A stretch of DNA of 63,964 bases, filler included, from Reticulomyxa filosa (Eukaryota; Protista; Foraminifera), in NCBI GenBank assembly GCA_000512085.1. It is 14 parts of 14 records of this genome, joined end to end, with 100 filler letters (N's around TTAATTAATTAA, not from the genome) between each part and the next. Parts side by side here need not be neighbours in the genome. Positions count along the whole stretch, not along the records: positions 61,612 to 62,777 come from ASPP01024956.1; positions 62,878 to 63,964 come from ASPP01021201.1; 12 more parts are not named here. One strand, given 5' to 3'. The number at the start of each line of letters is the position of its first letter. Within the stretch, counting starts at the first letter, position 1. The position numbers were made by a program, and so were the translations under genes. This document shows positions 62,713 through 63,964 of the stretch, one piece after another. The notes under the pieces are model-generated. The model saw nothing but the letters and a program-made list of their open reading frames with translations, had not been told where the DNA came from and did not search any database.

Positions 62713-63964
62713 TTTTGTTTTATTTTTTTATTTTATTTTTAATAAATGACTTATAATATAAAATATTTTTTCCATTANNNNNNNNNNNNNNNNNNNNNNN
62801 NNNNNNNNNNNNNNNNNNNNNTTAATTAATTAANNNNNNNNNNNNNNNNNNNNNNNNNNNNNNNNNNNNNNNNNNNNTTGTCAGTCTTTGGACTTTTTAT
62901 TCCTACATTTTTGTCAATTTATCTCTTTCATTTTTTTCATTAGTACAATTAAAATTAAGACTTATCTAGAATTATTTATTTTGCAGCTACGTCAAAAGAA
63001 AAAAGTAACTCCAGCCAAGAATTTCCACTAAGTGAAGACAAAAGCATTAACTTAGATTCATTAAATGTAAAAATTGAACTTATACTCTTTTGAACTTGTT
63101 GATAAATCAAAGACATTATAGACAAAAAAATAAAAAAATGGGACTAACCCCCTTTCATCTGAGATGATTTTAATTTATTTGAAGGAAGAGAAAACAATCA
63201 ATATATGAAAAACTAATATTTTGCAGAAAAATGTAAAGTCAAAATAATATAACCGAAAGACGCTCAAAAAGGGAGTAGTTCCATTTTATTTTTTTTGTCG
63301 TCTTCACTAGTCTTGGAAAATGAACAGCAGACCAATTTCTAACTCTGTTGATGCTGTCTTGAAAAAGTCTGTAAAAAAACCTTGTCCTTCTCGTAACAAA
63401 CAAAGTGTGCTACTTTACCGTTAATTTTTTTGAGAAAGTCTCACAAAGAGATTTGACACTCTTTATTCGGCTCGTCTTTCAGCCACAAAGATTTTAATAC
63501 ATTCAGTTTCATTATATATTGCACGATATTGCTGAGAGTATTTCTTTGACGACGTGTCTGTATACACTTCAAACACATTACACTATAATGCATCAAATGC
63601 AGAAATAAGTATGAAGTTATCTAGAAAAACAAAAGTCTATATTATTGTGCCAAAGAAACAATGGTGCATCGCAATATCCTATGCTCACTGAAGCAAAAAC
63701 TAATAGATTTACATTTTCCATTCAATAAATTCATGTATCATGCTGTGTAAAGTTTTGGTGCTTCAACTAATGAAACAAAAAAATACGGAAACATAAAGAT
63801 CGTTTTGTTTACTGTATTTACTTGTTCTCAAAAACATGTATTCATATGATGAAATTTTTGTTGTGTTCAAACTTTGTAAACAATAATGCAGAAAGTTTTC
63901 ATTATTATATGGTAGTGTCTTCCAAAAAATAACAAATGATATGTAGCATTTTGCATTAATTGTT

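Noticed and set aside
3435-62877. Thirteen regularly recurring TTAATTAATTAA palindromes that could suggest a repeat array or CRISPR-like element
   Set aside because: Each is centred in exactly 44+44 Ns. It is an assembly linker with six-frame stops, not biology.
62878-63964. Final contig fragment
   Set aside because: No ORF of 60 aa or more, RNA gene or repeat structure recognised.

Overview
This is eukaryotic, AT-rich, intron-containing DNA in the standard genetic code. It is not one contiguous locus: 14 contig fragments are joined by 13 artificial 100-bp spacers (N44-TTAATTAATTAA-N44), so adjacency across a spacer means nothing. The expanded Kelch-WD40, NACHT, RGS and glycine-rich families, the pseudogenes and the T/A homopolymer-rich introns suggest a foraminiferan such as Reticulomyxa (inference). 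Recognisable genes: mitochondrial IF2, DDX47/RRP3, BMS1, a full Agenet-Agenet-KH0-KH1-KH2-RG protein of the Fragile-X (FMR1/FXR) family, an atypical small GTPase, TRM82/WDR4, PARG, glutaryl-CoA dehydrogenase, a two-box HMGB protein, two RGS-domain fragments, an M1 aminopeptidase, a NACHT-type pseudogene and four members of a Kelch-[cassette exon]-WD40 family. Best leads: (1) an FMR1/FXR-like gene in a probable non-animal genome; (2) a modular Kelch-WD40 family with a conserved phase 0-0 linker exon, one copy carrying an inserted ADP-ribosyltransferase-like module; (3) a small divergent ubiquitin-like protein ending in a di-Gly plus a short tail; (4) unusual splice signals (A-tract acceptors, GTT donors). 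Several conserved genes are frameshifted at homopolymer runs, most likely sequencing error. All gene models were spliced by eye and all homology calls are from remembered family motifs, not searches.
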